From Lama guanicoe (taxonomy: Eukaryota): 64,000 nucleotides of DNA. Below the pieces are notes generated by a model. That model saw nothing but the letters and a program-made list of their open reading frames with translations, did not search any database and was not told where the DNA came from. The DNA is taken from contig MU053513.1 of assembly GCA_013239625.1 (NCBI GenBank), forward strand, positions 2,654,927 through 2,718,926, read 5' to 3'. This document shows, piece by piece, positions 14,361-26,375 of this stretch; position 1 is the stretch's first letter; every line of letters begins with the position of its first letter. The position numbers and the translations under genes are program-made.

Positions 14361-14479
14361 AGTACCAGATGAATACAGAGCTGCGTGATAATGCGTGTCA
14401 GAACTTTCTGTCTTTTCAGCATTCCTGGCAGTGGAAATATACTACTTGTCCAATCAGAAATCAAGTAAAACAAGTTTTA

Positions 14480-14900
14480 AAAATACTTGCAGAAATGATC
14501 TGATTAACCCCAAACCTTGCTACTTGTTCTTACTTTCTTAGCATCTTAGGTCATAGTGACTTTTTAAGTTGCACATCTCATATTAGATTGTTCTAAAACT
14601 TCCAGATGTTTTTCATGAGCACTGCTGTTAAGTCATGCTTCTGTCTTTTTTGAACCTAAGTGCCTGGCTTTACATTTGTTCCTGTCAAATTTCATTTGGT
14701 TTCATTGAACCTATATGTTGGGCCATTGAATGCTTTTGGTTTTTTTTTTTCTTTTTCTTTTTCTATTTCATAGTGAACAGCCCCCTACAGCTCTGCATGA
14801 TCAACAGAAGCATTTGCACGGTAATAATGTCCTCATCCAACATTAATGTCCTTTTATCCATCAAATACTTTGGAATATGCCCTTTCTTACAAGAGATGAA
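14480..14900 (-). mobile_element. CR1/L3 LINE fragment
   Basis: ctttacatttgttcctgtcaaatttcattt ... tgtcctcatccaa is typical of the antisense L3 RT region. Confidence 0.55.
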
Positions 14901-16187
14901 ACCCATTATAATCAGCATCACCGAAAGATGTGTTGGACAAGCCGTTTTAAGTTGAAGTAAAACTGCCACTGACCATGGAAGACCATTCTAAATAAATCTC
15001 ATTGTAGGTATTAAATCTCTAAGGAAATTCAGGCATTTGGAGGATTATAGAGATTTTTAAGTGATTTCATAAGCATAGAAAACAGTGTCTTAGAAAGGTT
15101 TTACCAATGTTAGATACAAGAACTCTTTAACAATGCGTGGTGTAAAATGCCTCTGGTGTACACTGTATACTTGTGTTATCTAAGAATTTTAACCATGGGA
15201 TTAGGGGTAGTGAGAACCTCATTTTATCCTTGTAAAGCACCTTAAGACATTCTTATCACCAGTCCCAAGTGTTAGAAATTCAAACCTATGTAATTTACCA
15301 GCCAAGTGCTGTCGTTTCTTTTCCTTGAAAGGAAGTTCACAATGGCCTGGAAGAGGGTAAACGCCGGTAGATTCTCTTCTCTAATTATTTTGTTTTTAGG
15401 ATCTCAACTAATCTCTCTCAATAGACAAGCTAAAAAATAAAATATATGCTAACATGCAAAGCAATTTTTAAATTTTTGGCAAGAATCGTTTTCTATTAAA
15501 TGAGAAAAGACTTTAGGTTATGAGATACTACTAGTATTAAGAGAAGACAAATTCTAGATTTCTTACAAAAAAATAATTCCAAAGAATCAAATTACTGGGA
15601 AGGGAAGAGAAATGGGGTTGCAGAGAGAGCATGTGGGGTTTCTCTCCGTGGGCATACACCGTGTGCTCTTTTGGCGGACAACCCCTCAATGGCATATTCG
15701 GACCTTTTTGCTTGAGCAAGCTCATACACCATTGTGAATGGAGAAAGGGAGGAGTGTGTGAAAGAGATATGTGTAAGTATAAACTACGAGAACCAACAAT
15801 TTCATATTTTTTTACTTTTAAAAAATCACTGTAGCATGGCATAGACCTGAAGACCAAAGGAAAATTGAAAAGGGAGGCTAATCTTTGCAAAGGAAATAGG
15901 CACCCCAAAAATGGATTGATCAGAGGTGAGGGGGGAGCTGTCTCATTTTAACCACAGACCTTTAAGACATTAAAAGTTATATTTCTTCTACTGTTGGAAG
16001 AGTTAATGCACTTAAAAGTGTTTCTTACTTACTGCTTTCACTTCTTTTGCTTTTCACTTCCTCCAGCAAAGGAAATCTTATCCTCTTTTTTTTTGGCATA
16101 ATAAGGCCTTAAACAATGGTTTGTTCCCGAATTTATTTTGTTTGAGATGTGGGTGCTGACATTCATGTAAAGAAAGCTTTTTTTTCT

Positions 16188-16348
16188 GGGGGAGGGTATA
16201 GCTCAAGTGATAGAGTGCATGCTTAGCAAGCATGAGGTCCTGGGTTCAATCCCCACACTGCTTCTAAAAATAAATAAACCTAATTTCCCCCCCCAAATAA
16301 AGAAATGAAATCATATAATAATAAATAAATAAAATACTTTTTTTAAAA
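16188..16348 (+). mobile_element. Camelid Vic-1-type tRNA-derived SINE, full length
   Basis: gggggagggtatagctcaagtgatagagtgcatgcttagcaagcatgaggtcctgggttcaatcccc plus an A-rich tail. TSD aaagaaagctttttt(tt)ct at 16169-16187 / 16349-16365. Confidence 0.92.
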
Positions 16349-16469
16349 AAAGAAAGCTTTTTTCTTAAGTGTTCCTAATAAGGATTATCAACCTGAATGA
16401 GCCATTCATATAGCTGCACAGAAACGAGTGAGTTTTTTCAGGCTGTATGTCATCATGACCAAGAATATT

Positions 16470-16865
16470 CTGGCAGAGACTGCTACATCTTCATCAAGCC
16501 CTGTCCATTTTCCTCTCGAGCACACAGTTAGACAACACCACCCGTCTCACTACCAGGACACAGGACCGAGCCTGGCCAATGGAATGCGGGTGGAATGATG
16601 TACACCACTTCTGGGCTTGCCCATAAAACACGACCGATCCCCCATGCTTTTTCCCCACCAGCAGGTCAAATAGGGAGGACTCTGAGAACGCAGGGGAGGG
16701 CAAAGCCACATGATGGAAGGAGCCTGTGTCTCTGAGTCATCCTTGGAGGCAAGCTGATTGGAAAGAAGCGTCTAAGGAAGACTCATGTTTCAGAGAGAAA
16801 CAAACTTTATTTTGTTAAGCCACTGAAATTTGGGGGTGGGTGGGGTTGGTTACATCTACTAGCTG
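16470..16865 (+). mobile_element. MaLR solo LTR (MLT1J-like)
   Basis: tggcagagactgct ... ctggccaatggaatg ... caccacttctgggc ... agagccaca-like tgatggaaggagcct ... tgttaagccactgaaatttgggg. Confidence 0.8.
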
Positions 16866-16877
16866 CTCCAACTAGGT

Positions 16878-17085
16878 ATGAATTCTGGATGAAATCGCCT
16901 GGGTTCAAAACCTCATTCTGTCACTAGCTGTGCAACCCTGGGCAGGCTACTTAACCTCGCTGATTCAGTTTCCTTATATGTGAAATGGTTATAGTAACAT
17001 CACGTACCTCATAGAGTATTTGAGGTGACTGAATGAAGTATAGCAGCCCTTCAGTAAAGTTGGCATATAAACACAGGTTCTTATT
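16878..17085 (+). mobile_element. MIR SINE
   Basis: MIR core cctgggttcaaaacc ... actagctgtgcaaccctgggcaggctacttaacctc ... cagtttcctt. Confidence 0.85.
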
Positions 17086-17318
17086 ACTTTATTTCCAAAG
17101 AAGACCCTTATTTTAAGATCATATATAAATAGAAGTCTGTTAGAGGGTTTAGCAGAGTACCATAAGCTAATTTGTAAAATGAGAAACTATCCGTCTATAA
17201 TGTTCAACTATAAGAATGCTGAATTTTCTAGAAAGAAAATAAGGGAGAAAGGGAGAAGATGTCAAAGAGGAGGGAAATAATAAAAGAAGAAGGGACAAAA
17301 GAATGAAGGCTTCGCTAT

Positions 17319-17324
17319 TTTAAT
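17319..17324 (-). terminator. Candidate distal polyadenylation signal ATTAAA
   Basis: Plus-strand tttaat. On the mRNA strand it is followed by a long U/C-rich tract (plus-strand purine run 17230-17310), and then dense repeats begin. Confidence 0.45.
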
Positions 17325-18989
17325 AGCTTATGTACTAACCCACCTTTGCTAACGGGTCTGACAGCAAGGAAAGACACATACCTCAACATCAGATAGTTAA
17401 CGTGGACAAAACACACTCCGGAGAGTGACAACATTTTCTCTTGACTTTGTCCGCAGCAGTAACCTAGACACCTTTCTGCCTTGGATGTTGGATGCATTAA
17501 ATCTCTCTCTCTCTCCACCCCCACTGCCCAACTTTTTTTTTCCCCCCGTCAATGACATATACCCTCTGGCTTTGTTCCCCTCTCCTCATTTGTCATGTTG
17601 TAAAAAATAAACCAGACTGAAATCTACCAGTAGCCTTTTGCCACTAAGTAAGCTTTTTCTAAGGCATGATGCCTTATAAATACAGCAATATGATGCCAGG
17701 AAAATAAAAACCTCACCAAACGCACAACTGTGCATTTATAGTCTCTTCTATAAATAGATGAAGATTACAGGTTTTTAAAGCGAATGAAATACTACAGCAA
17801 AAATTGTGTGAACTTAGAAAAATGAGTGAAGCATAAAATACACTGTATGTAATAGAAATGGGTATTTACTCAGTAGCAGTGACAACAAAGTTAAACACAG
17901 GGAAATTAGTGCTTTGTAGGTTTGGTAACAAGGAACTATGAAATGCCCTGGTTTTGGTCCCCTTGGAGTTTCTTAGAAGAAACTGCTCACTACGTAGACA
18001 AATATATGAGTTTAGCAGTTGGTTATTTATTTGTCAGGATGTTCTTCATTTTTATGAAAGTGAGCTTCTATTTTTCTGAAGTCTCCAAGGCATGAACAAA
18101 AGGAGACATATCCATGGAGAAAGAAGAGCTTTTTACTCCATAAACAAATTGTGCCTATTCTGAAAAGGAAAAAAAAAAAAAGAAAAAAGTAGAGAACTCA
18201 AAAAAAGAAAAAAAAACCCAAATGACATTTTCTGCAATGTTACAATGCCCAAGGACAGTTCTGATTTGATGCCTTAGCAATTTACATGAAATTTTCCTCT
18301 AGTGGTTTCTCTAAGATTTAACAAAAGCAAGCAACAAGACAATATGCTCTCTCTGAGCCACAGGAACCATTTTCAGAGCCCTAGAGCCTATATTTCAAAA
18401 TTTTCCTCTTTTAGCAGTATCACACGAATGGGCTGTGCAGAAAGAAACCCTTTCAATCTTGCATGGTGATTGAGCCTTACGAAGAATTTGATTTACCTTC
18501 CAGAGCGTACGTGGGCTCGAAGGTATGTGCAGGGCGGAGGTGAGTGTGAAACCGAAGGGTCACATCTCACCTACCAGTACAGGTGAGTTATTTCACTAAC
18601 CCAAAAAGCTGAATTGGGTCCAGGATGAGGACAGTTAGGCTCTGGGGATAATTCAACAACAGGACCTGCCAGTTACCCCAGGCAACCTCCATACCCAGCT
18701 GCTCTTAGGAGTACCAATGGCTTCATCGTCCTCCATAACAAAGGAAGTAAGAAGCTGACTTTTAGATTCTTTAAACTAGTCCTAGAATCTGACAATAATA
18801 GAACACAGCCTAGTAATTGTGACAAATATAGATAATACAGAATATCAACAACTCCTGAGATACTCCTTCAGTTATGCAAGTATTTCTATACTTCAGTGTG
18901 GGGCTCTCTCCTGCACTGTTAAGAGATGATGTGTAAGCCCCTTTTGCAATTTCCAGCTACTCTTCTGTGCTAAAACAAACAAATGAACA

Positions 18990-19155
18990 ACATAGTGAGA
19001 AAAGCACTAAAGAAGGAGACAAATTCAAATCTCAGCACTGCCATTAGTCTGTTTTACAGCCGCTGGCAAGTCACGTCGCTTCTGTTGGTCAATTTCCTCA
19101 GCTCCAAGATGCGGGAGTTGGATTGTTTGTTCCCTAAAGCCCTTTGCAGCTCTGT
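18990..19155 (+). mobile_element. MIR/MIR3 fragment inside the presumed 3' UTR
   Basis: ttcaaatctcagcactgccatt ... ggcaagtcac ... aatttcctcagctccaagatgcgggagttgga. Confidence 0.6.
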
Positions 19156-20076
19156 AAGTCTAGACAACTTACAAAAGCAAGCACTGTCTCCTTTAGTCGT
19201 GGGATCTATGTATACTGTTGAAATGATGAGGTCGAAGTTATGGGAAAAGCATTTTTCCCTCATGGCCTTGGGACTATCAATCATTTACTGTGCTGAGACA
19301 TGTAAACAACTGGCTGGACAAGAGTCTATTCTTTGCATTTGACATGTCACATTAAACGCTAGATGGGTATGTTGTTAAAAAAAAAAAGGTAAGCCACTGA
19401 TTGTATTTTCTTGCTTATTAAAATTAAACTGAGCTTATAGTTAACATTCAGTTAACACCACCAGGTGAATTACCTGGTGCTGTCTTTTTTCTAAGAAAGT
19501 AATGGAGTGATTCTTTCCCTGATGGCTTTATGCTTCTGGAAAGGTCAGCAAAGTCGCCAATTCAGACTCTTGCTCCCTCATGGGCTGATTCATCCCAAAT
19601 CTTCAAAGAGCGATCTCCTTATATAATTTTCTTTTTTCACAGTTTCTTTGGTCACAGTTCTTTAGCCATATAATAAAAATCATGCAATTCTGGGTTTGGC
19701 ATATTTGAATGGGGGGGGGGACCAATTCTCGTTCACGGCAGTGTGAATGGAGCTTGATGTAATGGTTTTCAGTGTGACTTTGAGCTGAGCTGTGATCGGC
19801 AGAGCCTAGGATACAGATTGCTATGCTTCCAGGTCTGGTTTGTGACAACTGTAGCATCTAACTGTGCTCTCAGGTCTAGATTTAGTAGCTTCTCTAGCTT
19901 TATTCTTTGGGCCAGCCATTGAATATGATTTTATGTACTCTTAGCAGTCAGTACATTTATTCTGGATTTTCATTTTTCATCAGGATTCAAAATGTAACCC
20001 AACAAATTTCAGATGAAGTTTAAGATGTTCTGTGATTCATACACATCAGTGAAAAATACTACATGTGTGTCTTTAA

Positions 20077-20097
20077 ACACACACACACACACACACA
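20077..20097. repeat. (CA)n microsatellite in the 3' UTR
   Basis: Direct inspection. Confidence 0.9.
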
Positions 20098-21184
20098 GAC
20101 TCGATGTGTATATATACAAATTTTTCCCTAATTGTTTTTTTCTTTGCTAGGTTTGATGGCAACATAAAATCATATATTCTGAGAGGTTTCTAACTCACAT
20201 TACCATCAGAGCAGTGTAAGTCAGTACTATTTATCACTAGGCTAACTTAAAAAGGACTCGAACATTCATTTTAAAACCCCTTTAAAGTTTTCTTGCCTTT
20301 TCCCCAGGATTCTGTGGAATTAAAAATAATATTTACTCCATTATTTTTAGCTTGCATTTTTTATGTTGATTTCAGCAAATTGTGGCCATTTTCTATAGTC
20401 CATTTGCCCAGAGCCTCGGAAGGTAATGGAATATTTTTATTTTTCACAGGTATTAATTAACTTCTGTGATACATACACATCAGTGATAATAAGTGAGTTC
20501 AATTAAATTTTCCAATGTTTGAGTGTTGGATGAAATCTCTTTCAGTTGACTAGAACCTGTGGGAAGGACCAGACATTTGCATGACAAAGGACTCTCCTTC
20601 AATTGTTCCTTTACCATTCTCTTCTCTGCAAGTAGATCTTAGATACAAAATTTCTCAACGTGGGAGAGATTAGACTTTGTATTTCCACTAGCATTAGGAA
20701 GCTGAGGGTAAAGAAAAACAGGAAATGGAAGCAGAGAACAATGAGACTGCTGAGAAATATAAGTTATGTGATTCTATCAAAATGCTGATGACACTGGAAA
20801 CCATTCAACTAGGTCTCCATATTGAGAATACTGTGGTTTTTATTTCCAAATTTTAGAAAAAAGAGGTAAGAGACAATAAAAGCATCGAGTTGGGGTTTAG
20901 TTTAGAAAAAAAAAGGGAAAGAGGGGAAGGAAGCCCTTCCTTGCCCTCCAAAGGAAACACTGCCTAGTCTGCATACACCTACCGTCACAGACTAAGGGAT
21001 ACAGGGCACCCCAAAAGTCTGCTTCATCAGAGAAAGCTATAGTGAGACAGGAGAGAAAGGATGTTTTCAAAAGTTTCTTATGAGTAAGGGCTAAAACAAT
21101 TACAGGTGGCTCTCTATTTACCAGAAAACTAAATAAATTATATTATGTCATTCCCCGAAGCACGCTGATAATCAAGGGTTCCTT

Positions 21185-21190
21185 TTTATT
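21185..21190 (-). terminator. Candidate proximal polyadenylation signal AATAAA
   Basis: Plus-strand tttatt. A U-rich stretch follows on the mRNA strand (about 21120-21145). It is one of several hexamers in the UTR. Confidence 0.4.
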
Positions 21191-23266
21191 TAAAAGTGGA
21201 ACTTCTGTATCACAACAGGGGGGAAAAACAGCCTGTGTTACAATTTTACCCTTTGCATCTCTTTATTTTTCTTTGAGTGGGCATTTCTATCCATCAACAG
21301 CTCAGAAAAAACCTAGCATTCATAGAACTGAAAATCACATAAGGAAACAACAGAAGAATAACAACAATAAAAATTCCACCAATGGAAGTGGCGCTTGGTC
21401 ATTCTCTTGGATATGAGTACTGGGGTATTGAAATGGCAGAAGAGAGCAGGAAAGAGGCTTTTGTCCAAGGTGGGCCCTTCTAACGGCAGCTCATCACAGG
21501 ACAGCGCTGGTAAAGGCCTGCAGAGAGCGCCTGAGGTGAAATGCACCATCGCTTGCAGCCTCCAAACCATTCTGTAAGTTAAGTCCAGCTTTCTGAATCA
21601 TTTGCAAGAATGCTTTTGGTCTCTGAGCTACACTCTCAGCAAATCAACCCTCTAATATTTAATGAGCAATGAATACACGGAGAACAAAGTGATCTTAAGG
21701 TGGAGACAAGAAACTGTTATTTCTCTGCTTTTATTCTTCCTATTGTCCGTGCTTCATCATCTTTTCCCCACCTAATAGAGTCTTTAAAAAAAAATCAAAA
21801 GTATTTTTTTTCACAGAGGTCCTAGTCTATGGCCAAGACCATCTTTGTGATACTTTTTGCACAATTCTGATATAATACATTGTGTTTGGCACTAAAATCA
21901 GTTGGTTGCTAGTCTAAATAAATGCTATTCTACACAAATATTAGCAAAGGGAATATATCAGAACAATTAACAAATTACAGATCATCTGCTAATACGTCAG
22001 AATAAGGAGGCAACAGCCCGATGGAGTGGTCATGTCACGGGACAGCATATGTGAAAGGACTCTACGGGACAGAGCACTTTGGACATCAAGGTCATTATTA
22101 TTGTGTAACAGCTGATACACTCTGGGGAAGACAAGCCCCAAAAGGCAGAAGTTTCGGTCAGATTGATTACCAGGGATCATTTCCTCTCCATGTCTAACAG
22201 TTGGCACTTGGCAATGATAATGCAATGTATGGAGAGATACATCTTGGGCCTATAAAATAGACATTTGAATATACAAACATATATTATGAAGTATGATAGG
22301 ATACAAATTGATGTAAAAATATGCTTTGCTTTCCCTGTCTCATGATTTAAAAAGCATAGAATTTTGTGTTGTTGGATGTTGAAGCAAAGTTAGTAAACCC
22401 TTTCAGTTATGTTGTAAGAATGTTTTCACAGTATATGTTATTACAGTGTTGATATCTTACATGTTAAACAGCTTTCTGAAATACTTAGGACTCAACCAAA
22501 AACAACTGAACATTACTATAGATCATTCTAGTAACATGATGAGTTATATTGTTTGGGGTAGTAAGAATGGAGTGGTGAGAGTAGAAATCCATCAAGATTT
22601 GCTAGCGGCCCATCTTGAATGAAGTGTTTGAGATGGTCAGGTAATCCTGATGGGCGGGATGTCCATGATGTCTTCCTTGTTAACGAGGAAATGGCCTGAG
22701 GCACTAGCTGTAGGAAGTACTGAAGGAAGATGGTAGTTAGAAGATTTCTTCCCTGCCCCCGAGGCTAACGAGAACTGTGGTAAGACCCTTGTACCCAGAT
22801 AGCATTTCTTGGGTCAGTGTTTGACAATCAACCACTGTTCAAGATGGTGGAGCTGCTCAGGTTCAAGAGAACATGGACTCAATAGCCTTGTCTCATCAGG
22901 CCAGATCCCATAGCTTTTGGAAGTTACTCACTGTTCAGGAATCCTGGGTCGCTATCTTGAATGATAATCTTCCCATTTCTTAGGTCACTGCTGTCATGTT
23001 ACTGGCCTTTGTTCCGATTCCAGTTAAATTATAAAGTGCAGTATGTAATGTTGAACCTTCAGAAAGAACATAATGAGCACAACCACCCTCCATGGAATCC
23101 CAAGTTCAAATTACTGGCAGAATCACCGTCCATATCTGAGAATGTACAGAAGCTTGGTCCTCACGGCTGCCTTTATCATCACCACCTTCAACATCAGCAT
23201 GATTAGCATCACAGTCGCAGTATCGTGATCACGTCAAGTGGTGTGGCAAGATCAGAAAAGCCAACA

Positions 23267-23453
23267 TCAAGACACTGTCCAGTTTGGGTGTGTGAATATT
23301 ATCCTGTGTTTCTTGGCCCATTTAGCAAACACTTTCTTTTCAGTGATAAACCTATGCCCACCATATGGGGCATGTTCATGAAGGAAATATTCATCACACT
23401 CATCTCTTCCTTGTTCATAGTAATGGTAGGGGACTTTTCTATACCCTTCTGTC
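23267..23453 (-). CDS. ST6GALNAC3: ST6GALNAC3 terminal coding exon (coding part), sialylmotifs III and VS
   Basis: Acceptor is cttttcgttttttcttttccag|G. It joins the upstream exon in frame (AA|G = Lys) and gives TEGYRKVPYHYYEQGRDECDEYFLHEHAPYGGHRFITEKKVFAKWAKKHRIIFTHPNWTVS*. YHYYE is motif III and HRFITE is motif VS (H-x4-E). TGA is at 23269-23267. Confidence 0.97.
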
Positions 23454-24515
23454 CTGGAAAAGAAAAAACGAAAAGCGGAGAAGGACTGAGATGAAGAATG
23501 AAGCACTGACCTACAAGAATCCATTATGTGCCAGTAAATGCATTTACTTGCAAACCCATGCGTGATTCTTGTCCATGAACTCAGTTAAAAGCTATTACGT
23601 ATAAAAGCTTTTAGGAAGACGTATTAGGTCCTTAGGGCTTTGATAAATCAAATAAAATTTATATATCATACCAATTACATGCAAACACACAGCTACCCTT
23701 TGAAGGAGGAAATGGTGTATAATGGAAGCAAACTTTGGATAGCCTGGTTGCTTTTGCAGAGCTTGAAGCAGCCTTGTGATTTTTCAGAGGAAGAGAGTGG
23801 GTTCATCTGTGTTCCATTATGCTTATAGCGAGGGTAGAAATATTTGATTACGAAGATTGTGGCTTAGTTACCCTTTTGACCATATGATGAAAACACTCTC
23901 TGAATTATAATGTGCCAATTGTTAGTTGGGAAATATATTTCATTACCTTGATGGAGCACGGAAGGTTTGTTTTATTATCTAATTAGAAACTCTCCCACCA
24001 GCAAGGATATATTGTGAATAAACATACCCATTTTAAATAAGGATCTGGCAGATTACTCACTTAGTAGTGGAATATAATTTCCAGGAATTCTCGTTAAGGT
24101 ATCAGCTTTTTTGAGGCTTCAGGACATCTCGTCCTTCATGATCAAATGTAACCGTTGAGAAGATAGCCATCCATCAGCCATCAGAGCAGCAGAAACAACG
24201 GGCCTGCTTTGCCAATTAAATAACCACTAAACTTGTTCTGCATTTCCAAGCCGCAAGTCCCTAGTATGCCACTGACTAAGGGAAAAATGTTCCTTCTGAC
24301 ATCTGACATTAGACTGTGGTAAATATTTTTCTTCTCATCACCCCTAAAAGTCACAAATCTGATGCACTGACAATAAAATGTCATGTCAGCAAAGAACATC
24401 GGGAAATAATTGTTGCTTTATCTGTTTCTCAGATTTATGGTATTAAAATGAATTGTGATATTTTGACAAGGTATCAGAATTGGAGATGCATAGAAATAAT
24501 TTCCTGTGATCTTAC
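23454..24515 (-). other. ST6GALNAC3: ST6GALNAC3 last intron (1062 nt, GT-AG)
   Basis: gtaag at 24515 and a polypyrimidine tract plus ccag at 23454. The reading frame is continuous across the junction. Confidence 0.95.
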
Positions 24516-24623
24516 TTGCAGTAGGTGTCGTTTATCATCCCGTAGACGTGAATGCCGTAACAGGCGTCCATGGCCAGAATGAAGGTAAACCAGCCGGTGC
24601 TGAGGTAAGAGCCGGACTGGACT
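24516..24623 (-). CDS. ST6GALNAC3: ST6GALNAC3 penultimate coding exon (108 nt, phase 2-2), sialylmotif S
   Basis: The minus strand has acceptor tttgtttctgttccccccag| and donor TGCAA|gtaag. It translates (R)VQSGSYLSTGWFTFILAMDACYGIHVYGMINDTYC(K), which I recognise as GT29 sialylmotif S of ST6GalNAc III. The ORF track misses it. Confidence 0.97.
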
Positions 24624-25214
24624 CTGGGGGGAACAGAAACAAACAACACCAAACCAAACCAGACGACACACAAAACAGACACAGAGCAACAAACAACAAA
24701 GTGCGATGAGAAATGGGCAACCTTTTATCAAAAACATAGCACTTGTTATCAGGAAAAAGCATAAGGAAACTTGACAATCTGTCAAAGATACACACTTATT
24801 TTGAATTATCTCTGAGTAATTTATAGGCGTGCTCTCATTCTCACTACCTGAAGCCTAGAAGCTGTGTTGTATGGAAGAGAAGCCAGATGGCAAATATATG
24901 AAGTCAAATAATCCTGCTCCCTTCAGGTGAAAAATAATGTATTTGATTTTCCGTTAAGACACAAATTAGTGCTGTATATCAGAAGACGGGATTTCTGAAG
25001 TTGCTTGGAGTCCTGATGGGAGCTGCGTGATAACGGTGTTATCTTACCTACCTGGACATATCACTTTCTCTAAGGCTTGCTGGGTTTCTCAGTGAAAATT
25101 GGAAGCAGCGGAGGTGAGCGGCTTGGTGTGTGGAAGCATCTGAGAAGTTTTCCTTCACTGCTTCCTGGGTGTCATGAGACAAGACTTTTCCTTTGCAAGA
25201 CCTGTCTTGCCAAT

Positions 25215-25400
25215 CTCTTTAACACTGTTTTATTGAACACCTACTATGTGCCTATGGGACACCTACTATGTGCTGTGGATGCCAGGGATATAGTAGTTAT
25301 AAAAACAACCAAGGCTTTTGTCTTCATGGACGCTACAGGGGTGGATTTGGAGGTGGCTATTATAAAGGTTGGCCAGGGAAGGACTTTTTGGTAATGGGAA
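25215..25400 (-). mobile_element. LINE-2 3' end fragment
   Basis: tttattgaacacctactatgtgcc is the L2 3'-end signature. Confidence 0.7.
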
Positions 25401-26244
25401 CAAGGATCTGGAAAAAACAAAGGAGAGGAGGAGGGTAGACAGGAAGAAGTCATGTAGACCATCCTGAGAAGGCAGTCTCATGTGTGCAGCCTTTCAATCC
25501 CCTCTTGGTCACTTCAGAATGGGTCTTGGGTCTGGAGCACTTCCTTACCAAGGAGTTCTCACAACCTGTGCTGGACCTATCACCTTGTGTGAGAATGTTT
25601 TTCTCTGTTTCGGACTCTACATGGACCCCTTTGTTCTGTGTAAGTGTGTGTGTCATATGGGACCTGGCTAACCTCACTGCTATATCTGTCTCCTGCAAAG
25701 AGGGGATGGGGTCCTTTGTTCTGTGGCACACAGGGGTTGCATGCAGGCCACTAGCCCCGTGTCAGCTGCTGGGAGGGACGTGCTGGCCATGGGGGCTGAT
25801 GTTCACTATGAGAGTTGATCTCGCTCTGTCTCTTCTCCATGTGACTACAGCATTGTTCCACCCAGTGCTTGACTGCGTTGTGTTTTCTTTGGTGACTCCA
25901 AATACCAAGATACAGTGGGTAGAAGTGTTTGAACTTCTTCTCCTGGTGATAAGCAACAGATTCCACTTGCTCAGCAGACTATAAGAGAGCAAAGTGTTCC
26001 AGGAAGTGTTCTGTATCACGAATATGAGGACATGTGCTGGGTATGTTCAGGGAAGACACGAGAAGTACAGTAACTGAAGGCAGAGAGTGGTGGATGGAGT
26101 GAGATTAGGGCTGATTGGAGGGTTTTGCCAAATTCCAAGTGGTTCAAGGGAATGTTTGGTGAACAGCTTGCTCTCTATACTTGTCTTTAGCCAAGATGAC
26201 CCAATCCATCCAAAACAGATGACTGCCTAACTCCTTTAAACTAT

Positions 26245-26375
26245 ATTCAATACCTTATAATAACCTATAATGAAAAAATATGAAAAAGAATATACATATG
26301 TATACCTGAATACTATGCTGTACAACAGAAATGAACACAACATTGCAAATCAACTATATTTCAATTAAAAAAAAA
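26245..26375 (+). mobile_element. Short LINE-1 3'-terminal fragment with poly-A
   Basis: ataacctataatgaaaaaatatgaaaaagaatat ... ctatgctgtaca ... caacattgcaaatcaactatatttcaatt(a)n. Confidence 0.85.

Larger units (their letters stand above)
17300..23266 (-). other. ST6GALNAC3: ST6GALNAC3 3' UTR (up to about 6 kb; distal end inferred)
   Basis: It follows the stop codon and is markedly repeat-poor compared with the 1-17 kb flank. It ends at a candidate ATTAAA followed by a U/C-rich tract. Confidence 0.6.

Noticed and set aside
16188..16260. tRNA-like sequence with A and B boxes
   Set aside because: It is the head of a SINE with an A-rich tail and TSD, not a tRNA gene.
19459..19479. 8-bp hairpin caccaggt-gaatt-acctggtg in the 3' UTR
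   Set aside because: Short enough to arise by chance, and it matches no RNA element I know.
22600..23260. GC-balanced stretch resembling a processed pseudogene
   Set aside because: No recognisable protein in the frames examined. It is the proximal 3' UTR of ST6GALNAC3.
25237..25273. 15-bp direct repeat acacctactatgtgc with a 7-nt spacer
   Set aside because: A two-copy local duplication inside an L2 end, not an array.
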